From the NCBI GenBank assembly GCA_002104905.1, contig MCFE01000422.1, forward strand, positions 14,049 through 78,048: a stretch of DNA of 64,000 nt. Direction: 5' to 3'. Below, piece after piece: positions 12,341-26,311 of the stretch (positions are counted from its first letter, which is position 1; the number at the start of each line of letters is the position of its first letter). This DNA is from Basidiobolus meristosporus CBS 931.73. Its lineage: Eukaryota > Fungi > Basidiobolomycota. The notes beneath the pieces are model-generated. The model ran no database searches. It was given only the letters and a program-made list of their open reading frames with translations, and was not told where the DNA came from. The translations under genes were made by a program, and so were the position numbers.

Positions 12341-14240
12341 TTAAAATATATGAACAAAAAATGTATACCAGCTAATAGCGAGCAGAACCAATAGGACTCC
12401 TCCAAAGACGCGGTTCCAGTTAGACGTTTCGCCCTTCTTTTCTTCGATGTCTTTCTTGACTGTACCCTGGATATGCTCAGCACGCTTTTTGTCACTCATA
12501 TCCAAGATGGAATGCCAGGTGGTTTTGTTGGTGATCCAGATGAGAACGCTAAGGATCAATGCAACGATCCCAAGTGCAACATAAAATTTCATCACGCTAT
12601 CGTATTTGTCAGAGCCTCTGTCTTGAAGTCTTCCGGCAAAGATATCAAAGATCGTATTGCCAATGTTGTTGGCACTTTTGTAAACTCCGAAGGCAGTTCC
12701 AACGGCATCCTTATTCAGGACTAAAGGTATACCAGAGAGCACGCACACCGGTCCGATACTCAAGGAGATAGAGAAGACAAGCATCCCAATGATGGGGTGA
12801 ATTGACGTAAAGCCAAGTGTGTACATAGAAAAGAGGAATGTCAAGGATGACATTATGACTGTTGATGATATAATGGCATTTAGTATATTGCGATAATTAA
12901 ACTGGGGCCAGGAAATGTTACCTGACAGAGTTCTCTTTCCGAAGCCATCAAGAACATAACCCATGAATGGAGCAATGAAGATGGGAAGGAATTGGGCGAA
13001 ACTGGCATAAAAACTGGCATGTCCTTCGTCGACGTTGAAGCGCCTCATAACCAACTCACTAATGAGAAATTTAGTATAGAAATCATGTATTATTCTGTTT
13101 GAGCACACATACCTATTTATGTGAAGGAACGTGGTCCACCCACTACCGATTATGAAGTTCAACCAAATCATGATCCATACGATACCAGGGAAATAAAGAA
13201 GGCGTGAAAATTTGAACTCCTTCTTATTGCGAAGGCGCAACAACTCCTCGGAGTTTGTGCTCTCATTCGACGCCCTGACAATGATCACATACAGAATATT
13301 GATCAGCATGGAGAGGATGCACAGTACGGCGGATAGCTTGGGAGCAAAGAATGAGATATACGTTAATCGTTCAATGGAAATAAAATGAGATGTACCCAAA
13401 ATGCTGCCCCATAGAATCCGACTGCTTTGTTGAGGGGGACAGCAGTTACAAAGGCCAAGTATGAGGCCTGATAGAGATGTATTTAGCCATGTTTCTACAG
13501 TAAAGTAGGAGACTTGCTTTACCAATCGAGATGTTGCTATTTGAAGTCCAAGAGCTATAGCCAGTCCTTTTCCTCGGAACCAGTGACTTATAATTGTTTC
13601 CTGAATAATTACAATCGTGCCAGACCCGATCCTGCAATATAACAAATTAGAAAACCACGTAAGCATGTTTAGCCAAAAAAGTATTTTGATACCCATAAAG
13701 TATACGGCCAACAATCATTGTCGGGAAAGAAGAATATGAGGCTGAAAAGGCTACGAATACGTTTCCGAGAGCAATTAACGTTGTGGAAAGGATTGAGCCC
13801 ATGTTTGTGCCAAAGGCGTCAATAAACGCCCCACCAAGAATCGGCAGTACTGTATTGACTAGAGAGACGGAAGATTGAAGTACTCCATACTCAGAGTTGG
13901 ATATCCCTAGCTCCTTTACATAGAGGTGTCGAGTTAGCGATGTTTGTTTCTGAGACTGGTAACAAGTATTCTTACTTCTTTAATTGTGTTTTTCAAAGCA
14001 CCAAGCGTATGTGCGGCATAATGGCTACCCACTTGATCATAGTGAATAAAGTATCTAGTAGGTCATAAATAAAATACACTAACCTGAGAGGAGTAGAGCA
14101 CAAAGCAAGGCAATAGCTTTATATTTCCATGGTTTATCCTCAAAATTAGCTCCTTCCCCTAGCTGTCTATTACCGGAGGAACCGATAAGAGGCTGCGTTT
14201 CTGAAGACGTATTCGCCCGCTGACTTTCTGTGGAAGACAT
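12341..14240 (-). CDS. MFS transporter (MFSD1-like), multi-exon
   Basis: PWKYKAIALLCALLL, ILGGAFIDAFG, ISHWFRGKGLAIALGLQIA, VGTAFGVYKS; about 12 TM segments. Confidence 0.88.
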
Positions 14241-15440
14241 GGAAACCCACTTAAAACAGGGAAAAAAATAAGATAACGATGCTAACGAAAGCGAGGTATC
14301 ATTTTATAGTCAGTCAGTCTAGAATGAGCTTTAAGAAAACGGTTGAACTACCTATAGGGATAGGTATACTCGTCCTATGATTTGATAATGACCCAATATA
14401 TTGTCAATGCAGTTTATCAGATCGAGTACCAATCATCACTTCCTACACATCGCGGTGATTATCACCAATATGGAATATACGAATCAACATTCCTTCCAGC
14501 CATTCAACTCACTCCGAACAGCTCACTTTTAAGGAAAAAATCCAATTTGTGTGCATACCTGATCTTCCATCATACCCTGTGGCATAATGTACAACACCAC
14601 CTAGCCCATCGGACATCTACTAGACCCCTTTATGTTTTGTACCGGTGGGAGTAAAAAACCTATTGTTGGAGCAAAAACTTCAAATGGGCAAAATACGTTC
14701 CATGCTTTGACGTGAAAGCACAGAAGGCTCTCCGAATGTTATCAGATCTTGAATCTTCTCAGTCAAAATAGGCAATCTTTCATTCCGATCAACAATTATC
14801 AGATCCTCTAGCAATTATTGAGAAGGTATTTATCTACTTTAAATTATAATAGTATACAATATACGCATTTACAACATTTGGATGTGGTGTCGAAGAAGGT
14901 TACATCGTAAGGGATAAGCCTTAATGAGACTTGATTATTAAGCTAGACAATCTGTTACTTGGTAGATATTTATTCCGTCATTATGAGATCTTGCGGTAGG
15001 TAACTCTTGCTCCTTTCAACAGCTCAGTTGCTGGGAAGCATGGATCAAAGCGAACAGGTATGGATGCTTTCGTCATGATTTCCTAAACACGCCCAAATGC
15101 AGAAAACATCGCCAATATATGGGTCAGCTCTCAGATCGATTGACCTCCACATTACTACACGGTCATATGTTGTAAAAAGAGTAACCGTTGCTGTTCATGC
15201 GATTTTCCAGCCGTTATTCATTTAATAAAAATATAATGAGTAGCTCACAGATGCATTGAAAATTAATATAAAAAAGGATCACTCGTGAGGTGATGAGGCT
15301 AAAGCGTGGAAGAGAAATGAACTACAGTCTAAAGCAGATTAAAATCTATTCTAATTGATGTCGTTTGGTGGGGGGGGAAGGGATTTGTAACCCGCTGGCA
15401 TGAAAACCAAATCAACCAAAAGTAATCCCTGAATGGTGTA

Positions 15441-16921
15441 TTATACAGCAGCAGCAGTAGCTGCAGTAGGCTCCTCATCACCATTAGATGTAGCCTCGGT
15501 AATCTTGGCACTTTTAGATTTCTTGTAATTGTGGGTCTCGCATTGATGGCAAGTTTCATTCTTTCGACAGCATTGCTTGCAGGATTGGAATGGGCACTTG
15601 ACAGAAGCTACATTCTTGCAATGGCTACAAAGTCCCTCTCTAATCTTCTTTGGCTTGGGGTTCTTTTTTGGAGATTCGTTATCCAATGGCTTTCTCTTTA
15701 ACGACTGGTCGTCCTCGTTAGCGGCTTCGGGGGCTTTCACTGTTGGCTCGCTTTTGGGCTCAGGAAGTGGAGGTCGGAAATAAGGCTGACACAACCAATG
15801 AGGAATATTTAGAGTTCCGTCTTCATTAGTAGTAATCTCACTAGGAGTATTCTTGGCAGTTTCTTCCAATCGTCGTTTCAACTCTTGAACAATCTTTTCG
15901 AACTCTTCAATGGTTTTAACCTTTCCTAATTGCTCGCGCATATCCGTATGGATATGAAGACAGGGGCGGAAGATTTTGAATAAATGGGGGCGAATCATGT
16001 GGGTCTTTGTGGGAATCTCCTTGCAGATATCAAGATACTCTTGCGCCATTTGCCATACAGGTAACAGTTTTCCAGAAAACAATGCTGGGTTGTATAAATT
16101 TCCTTCAGCAGACATAACTCCATTGGCACCAGTATAGTCTAGACATTTCTGAACGTCTTCGTGGTATAAAATATTGCCATTGGCAAAAACGGGAACAGAA
16201 ACAGCCTCACGGACAAGTTTGATTTGCTCCCAGTCAGCCAAACCTGTCTTGTGGCCCTTTTGCTCACGCAAACGCCCATGAACAGTAAGAAGCTGAGCAC
16301 CTGCATCAACCAACATTTTAGCGTACTCAATGGTCTTGTTTACATCCGGGAAGATTCGGATTTTGCAAGTGACGGGAATTGAGAGCTCTTTGTGTAGCAG
16401 GGAAACTATTGAAAGAGTTAGTAATCCTATTAAAGAAAAGCATAATATATAGCAATACATACCCATTCGTTTCAGCAGATCCCAGTCTTCCATCAAAAAT
16501 GACCCATAGTGTCCCCTTTTGGCAATATGCTGAGGACAACCAATATTTAGATCAACGGCGTCACACTTGTCTTGAACCAAAAGGGCTGCCTTGAGTAGAG
16601 TTTCCGGGTCATTGGCACAAAATTGCACTACTAACGGACGGTCTTGGGGGCTGGTAGTGAATTGTTCGTCTCGATAGTGCTGACTCTCTGAAAAAAGTCT
16701 AGCATGGAACATGGGTGTATAGCAAAGGTCTGCGCCATATCTACGGCTAAGTACACGCCAGGCCTGCCGATCAGAGAATACAGGTTAAACCTATGAAGTA
16801 CTGTGGCTTCCTATAAGAAATATACCTCTTCAGATTGATCTACCATCGGAGCAACAACATATTTTGCACTCTTCAGGGATTTCTCCCAAAATTCGAAACC
16901 GGTTGGCTTTTGAATGGTCAT
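15441..16921 (-). CDS. DUS1: tRNA-dihydrouridine(16/17) synthase
   Basis: [80 protein letters not shown]; Cys-rich C-terminus. Confidence 0.94.
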
Positions 16922-17726
16922 CCTGGACGTTGATACCTAGTGAGGGGGCTCCACAAGAGATGGGATTTATGTATATTTCAGAAATACTGCACTTGGAAAA
17001 AAAAGCATGATACTGGTCATGAGATTCCAAAATCATTGGTGAGTATTTGTATTCCAGAATCCCCAAAAAAAGTGGAAGGTTTGGACCAATTACTACATAA
17101 AGGAATACTGGAAGATATTCGACCAGATTGATTGCGGATGGATACTCAAGAGTAGATTTAACGTTAACTGATTTCAAATCTGGATAGTTTAAATGGCGTA
17201 GATCAGCAGTCATTATAAACCATCTCTACCCGCACCTTGACAAGTCGGATGGTTTGAGGCATTGTGTGAAAGTCAATGGTCTCCCAGTTAGAAGCCATTT
17301 GTAATTGGAGCTAATTCCTACGCTCCGATCACATTGGTTGGCTTTTCCTTTCTAAATAAAGTCATAATGAATGATACTTAGGGTTAGATCTTCTTGTGTG
17401 AGATTAATTTCCAATTGATGGAAGCTATTTTCCACCTCGCTTGTGCTTCTATCTTCAGATATCACGTGCGCAGGAAACCTGGACCACCAATGATTAGGGT
17501 CATGCTACTGCTGGCTATTAAGCATGTCGTTGGAAGTACATGTATTATTGTTAATTTACCATATATTCTTGCCTCACAGCAAAGCCTCTAAGCCCAACTA
17601 TATTTTAATAGAGTTACAAATTCATAGCCTGGACGCATACAACTAACTAGAGCAGCGTATAGTTGGCAAAGCATATCCTTAAAGTGGGTGACTTGAGCCT
17701 AAACACATTTTTTCGAAGTGAACAAT

Positions 17727-18662
17727 ATGTTATCCAAGGAAACGAATTTACAAACTGATCGGTACTTCTACAACGCAACGATTTCTAAATCATTCTCAAG
17801 GGACTAGTATTTACTTCAACCTATTGTAGTCATTTCGATTTGACTATTGTTCAGCAGCCAGATAATGGATGCGCTTGTGGAGATGACACTAGAGACCGCG
17901 TACCCCTTGATCCTCCTTTTATTGTCCAATTGGTAATACGTGATGGGCATGGAAATGAATTACCTTGGTAATGTCTGCATTGGCTAAACTTATATCGGTG
18001 CCTTTATGCCTTTCTTTGCCTGACTTTAGATAATTCGATATTCTATACTCCTCTGCACATTGAGATACTAATGCGGGCATTGCTTAATTGTTTATATCCT
18101 TTTGCATGGACATCGACATACCTTGTAGTGGAGAAGATATTCCCTTTCTGGTGGCTCACGTTAGCTTGTGGTCAGAAGATGGCTCTGAGCCTCGTGATAT
18201 TATTCAAAGCGCAGAGGGAGCCACTAGATTGTTGTTGGGATCTTCCGCCTCCTCCGTAAACACCTGTGCTGATCCAGAGTCCGAGCTGAGGCAGGCCTCA
18301 TACTTTGTCTTTGGTGATCTTTCTGTGCGTGTTAGCGGAAAATATCGACTAGGAGTATCCTTAGCCAACATCAAAGGGTAAGACCATGACACAATTCCGG
18401 TTTGTTAGATTGACTAATAACTTAGTGCCAATAGAAACCTGCTAATGCGACAGGGTCCAACTACAACTATAGCCTCGGTGCTCTCGGAAGCATTTGTAGT
18501 CAAGGAGAAGTACGAGTATACCGGGTTTGGAGGTTTGTTGTCATTTCGTTCGAATTAGTATTCGATTTATTAAAGCCAAGCCTGTTGCCAGAGCCAACGC
18601 CAATAACCATTCGATTGGCCTCACAAGGTGTAAGATCATTAGCTGGATTTAGAGCACAATAG
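17727..18662 (+). CDS. Compact velvet-domain protein, about 5 exons
   Basis: Spliced FDLTIVQQPDNGCACGDDTRDRVPLDPPFIVQL, FVFGDLSVRVSGKYRLGVSL and SEAFVV..GFGEPTPITIRLASQGV match the velvet-domain blocks. Confidence 0.82.
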
Positions 18663-19846
18663 CCCTCTAGTCCAGCACCAAATTCTTAATAAATTCTAAC
18701 AGTAGACGCCTTTTACATAATTGCCAAGCCTTTGAAGTCAAGTCGATTCCTGCGCAAGTAACAATGGTTAATCAACATTTGGTAATTGGTGGTAAATTGG
18801 TTGAGCTTATATTTATTATCTATTAATCGGTGGCCAAGCAATCATGGTTCAGTGCTCATCAGTATAGATTTGTATCTGATCTGTAATAAAACCCCGTGCT
18901 GTAAACATATGTTGGCATCTTGTATTTACCAAAGCAACCGAGTATGATCGAGGCATTCATTTAGTACACTACTATCATTGCTTGGCAATCACCCAAGTCC
19001 CCTGATTGAAAAACAAGGGCCGAAGGAGATCCAAGTCTGCATTACGTAATAGAGGTGCGGCAGTCAACTGAAATGAAACCTCTGGAATATCTGGAACGCG
19101 TAGCTTTATTATGTGTTACTCGAGATTCGCTTCGCTTTCGGCAAAGCCTAAGCATGGCAATTATAATCGAATAAACATTGAAACGGCAGTTGATCCAAGT
19201 AATAATAGCAATAGAACCCCAGAGATCGATGAGGTGTTTCGAAATCTCACCTCAAGGAAAGGTAATCCAATCATTTCGACGAATCACTGGTAACTGATTG
19301 GCTTCATGTGATTAGCACCAATGTCATACAATCATTCAACAAACTGTAACCATTGACCAGAGCACATTGCCCTGAAATCCTGGCTTCAGTGGTAATTTCT
19401 TGGCTAGTCGTGGGATGAGGTAAGCGTTTTGCTGCCCCTCTGTAGATTTCATTGTGCAAAATATATGATTATCCATATTGACATAATGGGAGATGCGTGG
19501 TGAATATGGTATGAGTATGTGATCACAGGTTACTCTGTGAAACAGACAGTCTGATAACTAAGATCAAACGTTGATCGATAGAGACACATTGGTCAGTATC
19601 CCATTCATGTATCGAGACAATCCTAACTGTCAAAGGATTGACGAGAATATATTTACCAGGTTGCTCCAGGATGCGAACTTGCTTGATCGTTTCTTTTTTT
19701 TCGTGCACATCATCTCTAACATCGACTCAAACTGTCTGGGAGTGGAATCATCTAACAATACGTTTTATTCACCCTGCCGATTTCCTTGAATGGAGGCTTT
19801 GCTATAATTGATATCCTTAATCCAGCCTTTGCCTCATAGCTTCAAC

Positions 19847-20556
19847 ATGGTTTCTATACTTCGAGGTTACCCTATTCCCATTGTAGTTATTCTGCTTCAA
19901 TGTGTGATATTCGGGTACATTTCGTTCGTTTATTACAAAGAGCTACCCGACCCTGTCCCTACACGATTCTCCAATCAGGAGGGGACTAGCTTCCAGACGA
20001 AACACAAATTCTTCTCCATACATATCACAATCTTCTACTTAATCACCTTTATCTTTATGTTTGCTGGGGTCATAGTGGCTACCAGACTGCCTGCAAAACA
20101 TCTCAAAGTCCCCGGAAAAGAGAATTGGCTTGGTATTCAGGAGCGAGAGAAAATAGTCAAAGTCCTCACTTCCAAATATTGTCTGTGGATCACTGTTTTC
20201 ACAGCCCAGTTTCTTTTAGAGCTGAATACACTTCTGTATGAGGTAAGCCCAGCACCCACTTTGGTCTTAAGCTAAATCACCTAAACCACTTCCTGAACTC
20301 TAGCTATCGCTTAGGAAGAGTAATGAGCTATTCTGGTTTTTTTGGGTATTTCTATGTATATATTTAGTCGAAATCATCATCACTACTTTGATTGGATATT
20401 TCAAGATACGCTCAATAGGAAATCTGCAAGAAATCGAGGACTTTCAGCCATCTTTTTTTATTTAATTTCAAAGTGGACGTCCTACATATCAGATGTCGCG
20501 CTTCCAAGCATCAAACATTTTGTAAATTCTTCACGAGAATACTTTATTCTTCATGA
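19847..20556 (+). CDS. DUF1648-like membrane protein (intron starting about 20243)
   Basis: TM helix followed by YYKELPDPVPTRFSNQEG, then RLPAKHLKVPGKENWL; second exon adds ELFWFFWVFLCIYLV. The 3' end is uncertain. Confidence 0.6.
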
Positions 20557-21701
20557 CAGTCAAAGTCCTTGCTGCCTATCCCTCACTTCAAAGTTGTTGT
20601 GTATATCCCCAAAAGTGGCTTCACACCCCCTAATTTATTGTGATTTTGTAGCCGTATCTTGGCCACTATCACATTTCTATTAAAAAGCTAATAAATGTTG
20701 GCGTAGACTTGAACGATAACACCCATCCGCAAAATGATGTGCTATTGTTGGGGTGGTGCACTGGTAATGCTGTAGGATGTACAAAAGTAGGTTACATCCA
20801 CTAGAATGAAGCTAATAGCCTATAACTGTGTAGGTGATTTCCATTCGAGCGTTTTCTGAGGACATACTTGCCCAGTGTGGTATGGGGCTATTCAATACTT
20901 ATTGTAGATATATCGAATCTTATCTCAAGTACTATTACACACATGGTCATTCCCAGTAGGATGCAAGAACGATACATACGACGAATCTATTGATTACAGC
21001 TGCCATCGTGCATTGCAACCGAATTACTCAATTGTTTATTCCTAACAATGATCCAAGGTAGCTTCGTTAAAGCAACGTAACGTTTTAAAATAATAGTTTA
21101 GAACATGAAACGAAAATTGCTTACAAGCTGAGATGGTGAGGCTTTGTTTCATATTCACCAACGCCAATATACTCCTTGCTCCTGAACCTCGTCAGGGTTT
21201 TGCCTTTGCTGACTATTAGGTACCTGATTTTGGGCGAAAGGTAATGCAATTTATGCTCTAGTTGAACGTGTATGCAAAATCCTAACTGGATACTAGCGTA
21301 TTAATACGTTGGAGTAACTCTCCAACAGTACTATATGTTCTTATGCTATAATACTTTCAACGTGCAGTGCTCCGCAGTTGGAAGCATGTAACTATATGCA
21401 AATGCATACAGTCGAATCATATACGGATATGATACATGAAATGGAGTTACGGCAAGCAACAGTTGTATCAGAATGAGTGCCTCAGCTTTTTCCGAGTACT
21501 TTTGTGAGCCTGCTAAAATCATAATTGTTTCTAGAGAAGTAATATATTACTATCTTTAGGTAACAATATTTCTCTTGGTTGTCCTTCAGTAGTCCCTTGG
21601 GTACCAAGTTTGATTTACTAGAGAGGTCTCGACGTGTTCATAAATTCAAAATAGAGTTTCGTAAATCCCTTGTGGCTGGTCATTGTTAACACCGTTCCAA
21701 A

Positions 21702-23008
21702 ATGCTCATACAGTTTTCTCATTTGCTCAAGAATTCAACTTCAAGATCGGGTACAGTCTTCCCAACTAGCTGCTCGAAAGCAGATATTGATGATACCAAT
21801 TCCGCCGCAATTATTTCGTCAAAGAGCTCACCAACTTTAATTAGCGATAGTAGCTCAAGTTGTAGTGATTCAGATATAGAATCGATAGACCTAAATAGCA
21901 GTTTCCTGCTCGCTCCGAGCATCGTACCAACACCAGGTTTTCTAGAAACAGCGACCTTCACAGAAAAGACAGACTCCTTGCCTACTACAGAATTTTACTC
22001 AGATTCGGAATTTTGGAGCTGTGTTATCAAGGATTACCCCTTGATGTTAACTCGTTACCGTTACAAGGTTGCCCATAAGATTTATCGTGGAATCCCTAAA
22101 GAACATAGAGGATTGGTTTGGCAGACAATGTCACAATCAAGGACTACGTATCTAGATACTTTGTATCTACAATTACTCGAAGAAAAATCCCCTTTTGAAG
22201 CCGACATACAACTGGACTTACCAAGAACATTTCCGCGGCTAGAGATGTTTCAAAAGAAAGCGGGGGAAGGACAGACACGTCTGTTTAATGTGTTGAAGGC
22301 GTATTCTGTTTACGATCCAGAGATTGGCTATGCACAAGGTCTTGGCTATATTGTGGCAGTCCTACTTATTCATGTAAGTTAAACAGAACAGTGTATTCTA
22401 TTCACTCAAATAACACGAAGCGGTAGATGACCGAAAGCGAGGCCTTTAGCGTATTCGTAAGGTACGTAATTCGAAACTATCTTTTGGCTAGAAAACAACC
22501 TCACAAAAGCCTTATTTACATCAACAGACTCATGCAATCTCTGGATCTTAGAGAAATGTTTCTTGTGGATTTGGAAAAATTAGAGTGTAGAAACTATCAA
22601 TTCCGGTGTCTGCTAACAAGCCATTTTCCAAAACTTGTAAAACACCTTGACACGTACAACGTTCGCACTGCGATGTACACAACCTCCTGGTTCCTGACTC
22701 TCTTTACCAATCTCCTTCCGCTCCCAGTAATATTTCGTATGTTAGACGTGATGCTGTTGGAAGGGATAACAGTTACAGTGATGCGTATGGGGCTAGCACT
22801 AATCCATCAAAATTCACAAAAGTTGTTGAACTTGAAGGATTATCACGAATTAATGAATGTGCTAACAAACACTATGTTTGACTTCCCAACAGACAAGGTT
22901 GAGGAGCTCATACAGGCCATCCAGTTGTTTACCAGTGTTACTGAGGAAGAGTTGAGTACACTATCCAGGCGCCATAGATTATTAAGGAACGTATTCATCA
23001 AGCGATAA
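21702..23008 (+). CDS. TBC-domain Rab GTPase-activating protein (Gyp5/EVI5-like), multi-exon
   Basis: GIPKEHRGLVW, IQLDLPRTFP (IxxDxxR), YDPEIGYAQG (YxQ), MYTTSWFLTLF. Confidence 0.9.
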
Positions 23009-23501
23009 ATCATCAAGATACGGTATACATTGGACGCCCAACTTGAAATGCTATTTTTGGAGTACTTAGAATTTTACCCAACGTCTATTGGCAGCTCTCG
23101 GACATCCCTATTTTTATACACTATCAAGCAAGCGAAATTCAAAGATCCCGATGGCTACTAGCCTCGTGTGCAATAAATCAAATTAACCAGTAATTTTCCA
23201 TTTCTTGATGCACGCTATATGCTATCAGAAATGTCACTCCTTTGGAGATAATAGCAAAACAAATGCCTAAAATTCCTATTGTCAATGGTAAAAGCCTGTT
23301 ATCTGATTTGAGTGGATCGTTTTGAAACCATCTACTTTTGGAATGAATCAATTGGCTACAATATGTACAAGGCGGTTTACCCACAAATCAAGCTGACTAT
23401 TTCCTTGTTTGCCTGGAGAGAACGGCTCTATATTTAGTGCTGGCCTGGGATTTGTTCAACTATATATAAGCAGTCTTTGCACTTAACAACGCTTGAAAAA
23501 G

Positions 23502-24386
23502 ATGAAGTCGATTGAATACTTCATATGGCTGTGGATAACCCTAATTCCCACTTTGGCCCTGCTCCTGCAAAACCCCCCATCAAAGGATAATCTGCGCCCT
23601 GAAGATATAGTGATTGTAATGGCATGGGACGAAAAAGTACAACAATCATGGTTGCCACGATCTCTAAATAACAAACGGCTGTATGCCGATCGTCATGGAT
23701 ATGAGTACCTTATGACCAACGTGACCAGCCATGCAAATGGAAAAGCCCCTGTAAGTTGAGATAAATTGCACATCTTCTTGTCCCCCCACTAATGGTCCAT
23801 GTTTTATTAGAGCTGGTACAAAATCGAGGCGTTGTACAACGCGTTTAGGCAACACCCAGACAAGCAATGGTTCTGGTGGCTAGATATAGATACACTGATT
23901 ATGGAATTAGATGTGCGAGTAGAAGATCTATTAGCGAAGGAGATAGAACAAACCTCGACAAGCACGAAGGATATCTTGATTTCGTGGGATTGTTTTGGGT
24001 TAACTATGGGAAGCTTCATGTTACGTAACACCGACTGGAACAGACGGCTGTTGTTTAGAATGAAGGAATCATTGCCCCCAGGTAGTGACAAAGTCATGTT
24101 TGGAGAACAGCGCTACCTTCAGTCAATCTTCAACCTGGGTGAAGATATGGCAGAGAAGTTTTACTTCATCCCGCCAAGGAAAATCTCCGCTGCATTACAA
24201 CGACCCTGCGAACTATACGACAAAAATTCTCGTGAAATTTACGACTTTCAGCGGGGCGATTTTCTGATCCACTTCTCCGGATGTGGTGCAGAAGGCTGCG
24301 AAACCGCTCTAGACTTTTACTGGAATGGTATCACTTACCAAATGAACGTCACCTCTCCCCACTGGAATAAACACCCAGATATTTGA
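23502..24386 (+). CDS. Glycosyltransferase family 34 (Mnn10/Gma12-like), 2 exons
   Basis: N-terminal signal-anchor; NKRLYADRHGYEY, WFWWLDIDTLIM (DxD), GSFMLRN..W, EQRYL, GDFLIHFSGC. Confidence 0.88.
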
Positions 24387-24683
24387 TTGCAGAATACTCC
24401 CCAGCGTGATCCGCTGATTAGCACTCATACATCCATACATATCAAATACATGTATATCAATACAATTTATTGCTGATCATTTGAGTTCATGAAGTGGCTA
24501 CTGTTTCAAAGAAGCCATCCTGATGTATAAGTCGACTAAATTGTGTAGTTGAACGCTGTTCTAACAAGCTGAGACTAAAAGAAATGTTTCACTTGAGCGG
24601 AATTCAACTGTATATTCCTTAAAACAATGGAGCCTTTGTACCAAAATCCCCTTATGCAAACAGAATTACTGATGCGTGTGAAT

Positions 24684-25135
24684 TTAGCAGCATGCATCGA
24701 AGCAACAACAAAGACATGCACCAAGAGCACTATTGAAGGGAAAAGGTGAGAACATGGCTAACAAATGCATAAAAAAGTGGATTTGCTTACCATCCTAAAC
24801 ATAACCCATCATTCTGTTGCTGTGCTGGCTGTTGAACAACAACAGTTTGTGGTTGTTGCTGTGGTGGATAGTAGCCTTCGGTGTAATAGAAAGGGTGAGT
24901 TACGGAACCTGCATTAGAAAGTTCACAAAAATCCTATACCTTGTGGTGGTGGAGTGTAGTGAGCGCCACCTTGATAATGAGCAGCTTGTCCAGCGTCTCC
25001 ATAATAGCCTTGGGCAGGTGGCTGAGGATAGGGAGAATATTGAGGTTGACCAGGTTGACCGTATTGCGGCTGACCGTACTGTTGTTGTCCATATTGTGGC
25101 TGGGCACCATAGGGTTGGTATCCTTTATCACCCAT
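24684..25135 (-). CDS. CYSTM-type tail-anchored Cys-rich protein, 3 exons
   Basis: Q/P/Y/G-rich N-terminus; spliced C-terminus DGLCLGCALGACLCCCFDACC*. Confidence 0.85.
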
Positions 25136-26311
25136 GATTAGAAATTACCGATTACGAAGTTAAAATGTAGAAGCGAAGCGAAAGGATGAAGAAAGTGACA
25201 ACTTTCAGACAAGGATAATTTATATTAGATGGTAAGTAAAACTGTATCAAGATAAGGACAATGAGGCTATGGAAACAAAACAATCGATAGATACTAGCTA
25301 TTTATACATAATTTCCCCGACATATGTCTGTAGTGGCCCATCCGTTTCAGCAGTAAGTAAATTATAGCTTTGGATGAAACTGATGATTTTTTGTCGAATG
25401 TACGATAATCATTTATATCCACAATATATCACACTTATCAATAGCTCATGAATATGATAATTTACACAGAGCACGCTGCTTTCAGCTTCGTTGATTGGTT
25501 CATATTTATATGCTTCTGTAATAAGAAGTCTCCGGCAGGATTAATAATGAGGAGCAGCAGCAGCATGGAGAAGCAATATATACAATACAAATAATAGGTA
25601 TATCGGGTGAATGATTCGAATCCATGCCATGCTCCTGTTCACATATCGGGAAATAATTAAGGACTACTATGTTTGTAGAAATAGCCTATCCAATTCTAAT
25701 ATTAAGGTGGATAAAATAAGAAGCAGCCTCCAATTCGATGCCAAGCTTTCAATATCTTTCATGATGGACTGTCTTGCTGGTAGTGAGACATGTACATCTC
25801 TTCTTTTTAGAATAAGATGCAAACTCCTCCCACCTAACAGATTCAGCGATAGTACAAGTCTTGGCTCAACATCACTCATTTGGAGCCGAAACATCAGACA
25901 AAGTATCACCAAAAAAAAATTGTCACAATGGAACTGTTTCAACGTGGGCAAATAAAACGGCCAGACCATTGATTGGCTAATGATGTACATTCCAGAAATT
26001 CTTTTGATATTGTCATTCATTGATTTCTTTTGAATCAGTTTAATATACTTCATAAATTCAATGATCATCGCTTCGTATAATGTTGTGGTTTAACTGGATA
26101 ATCATCTATATATATAGATGCACTGCTGTCGTACATAAAATCAGGTTTATCGTATTGCACCATGCCGACCTAACAAATTATTTAATCACGTACTTGTGCA
26201 TTACTTTAAGTGCAATCCATATATATACGAGCCAAGAAATTTTTTTTTTCCAGTATTCGTGGGTAAAAGTATGTCTCAGCAAATGAATAATGGCGAACCT
26301 ATTCTGCTTCA

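Noticed and set aside
14980-15200. Short minus-strand frames with an in-frame TGA (possible ribosomal L33 or selenoprotein)
   Set aside because: No convincing family motif, no CxxU/UxxC and no SECIS identified.
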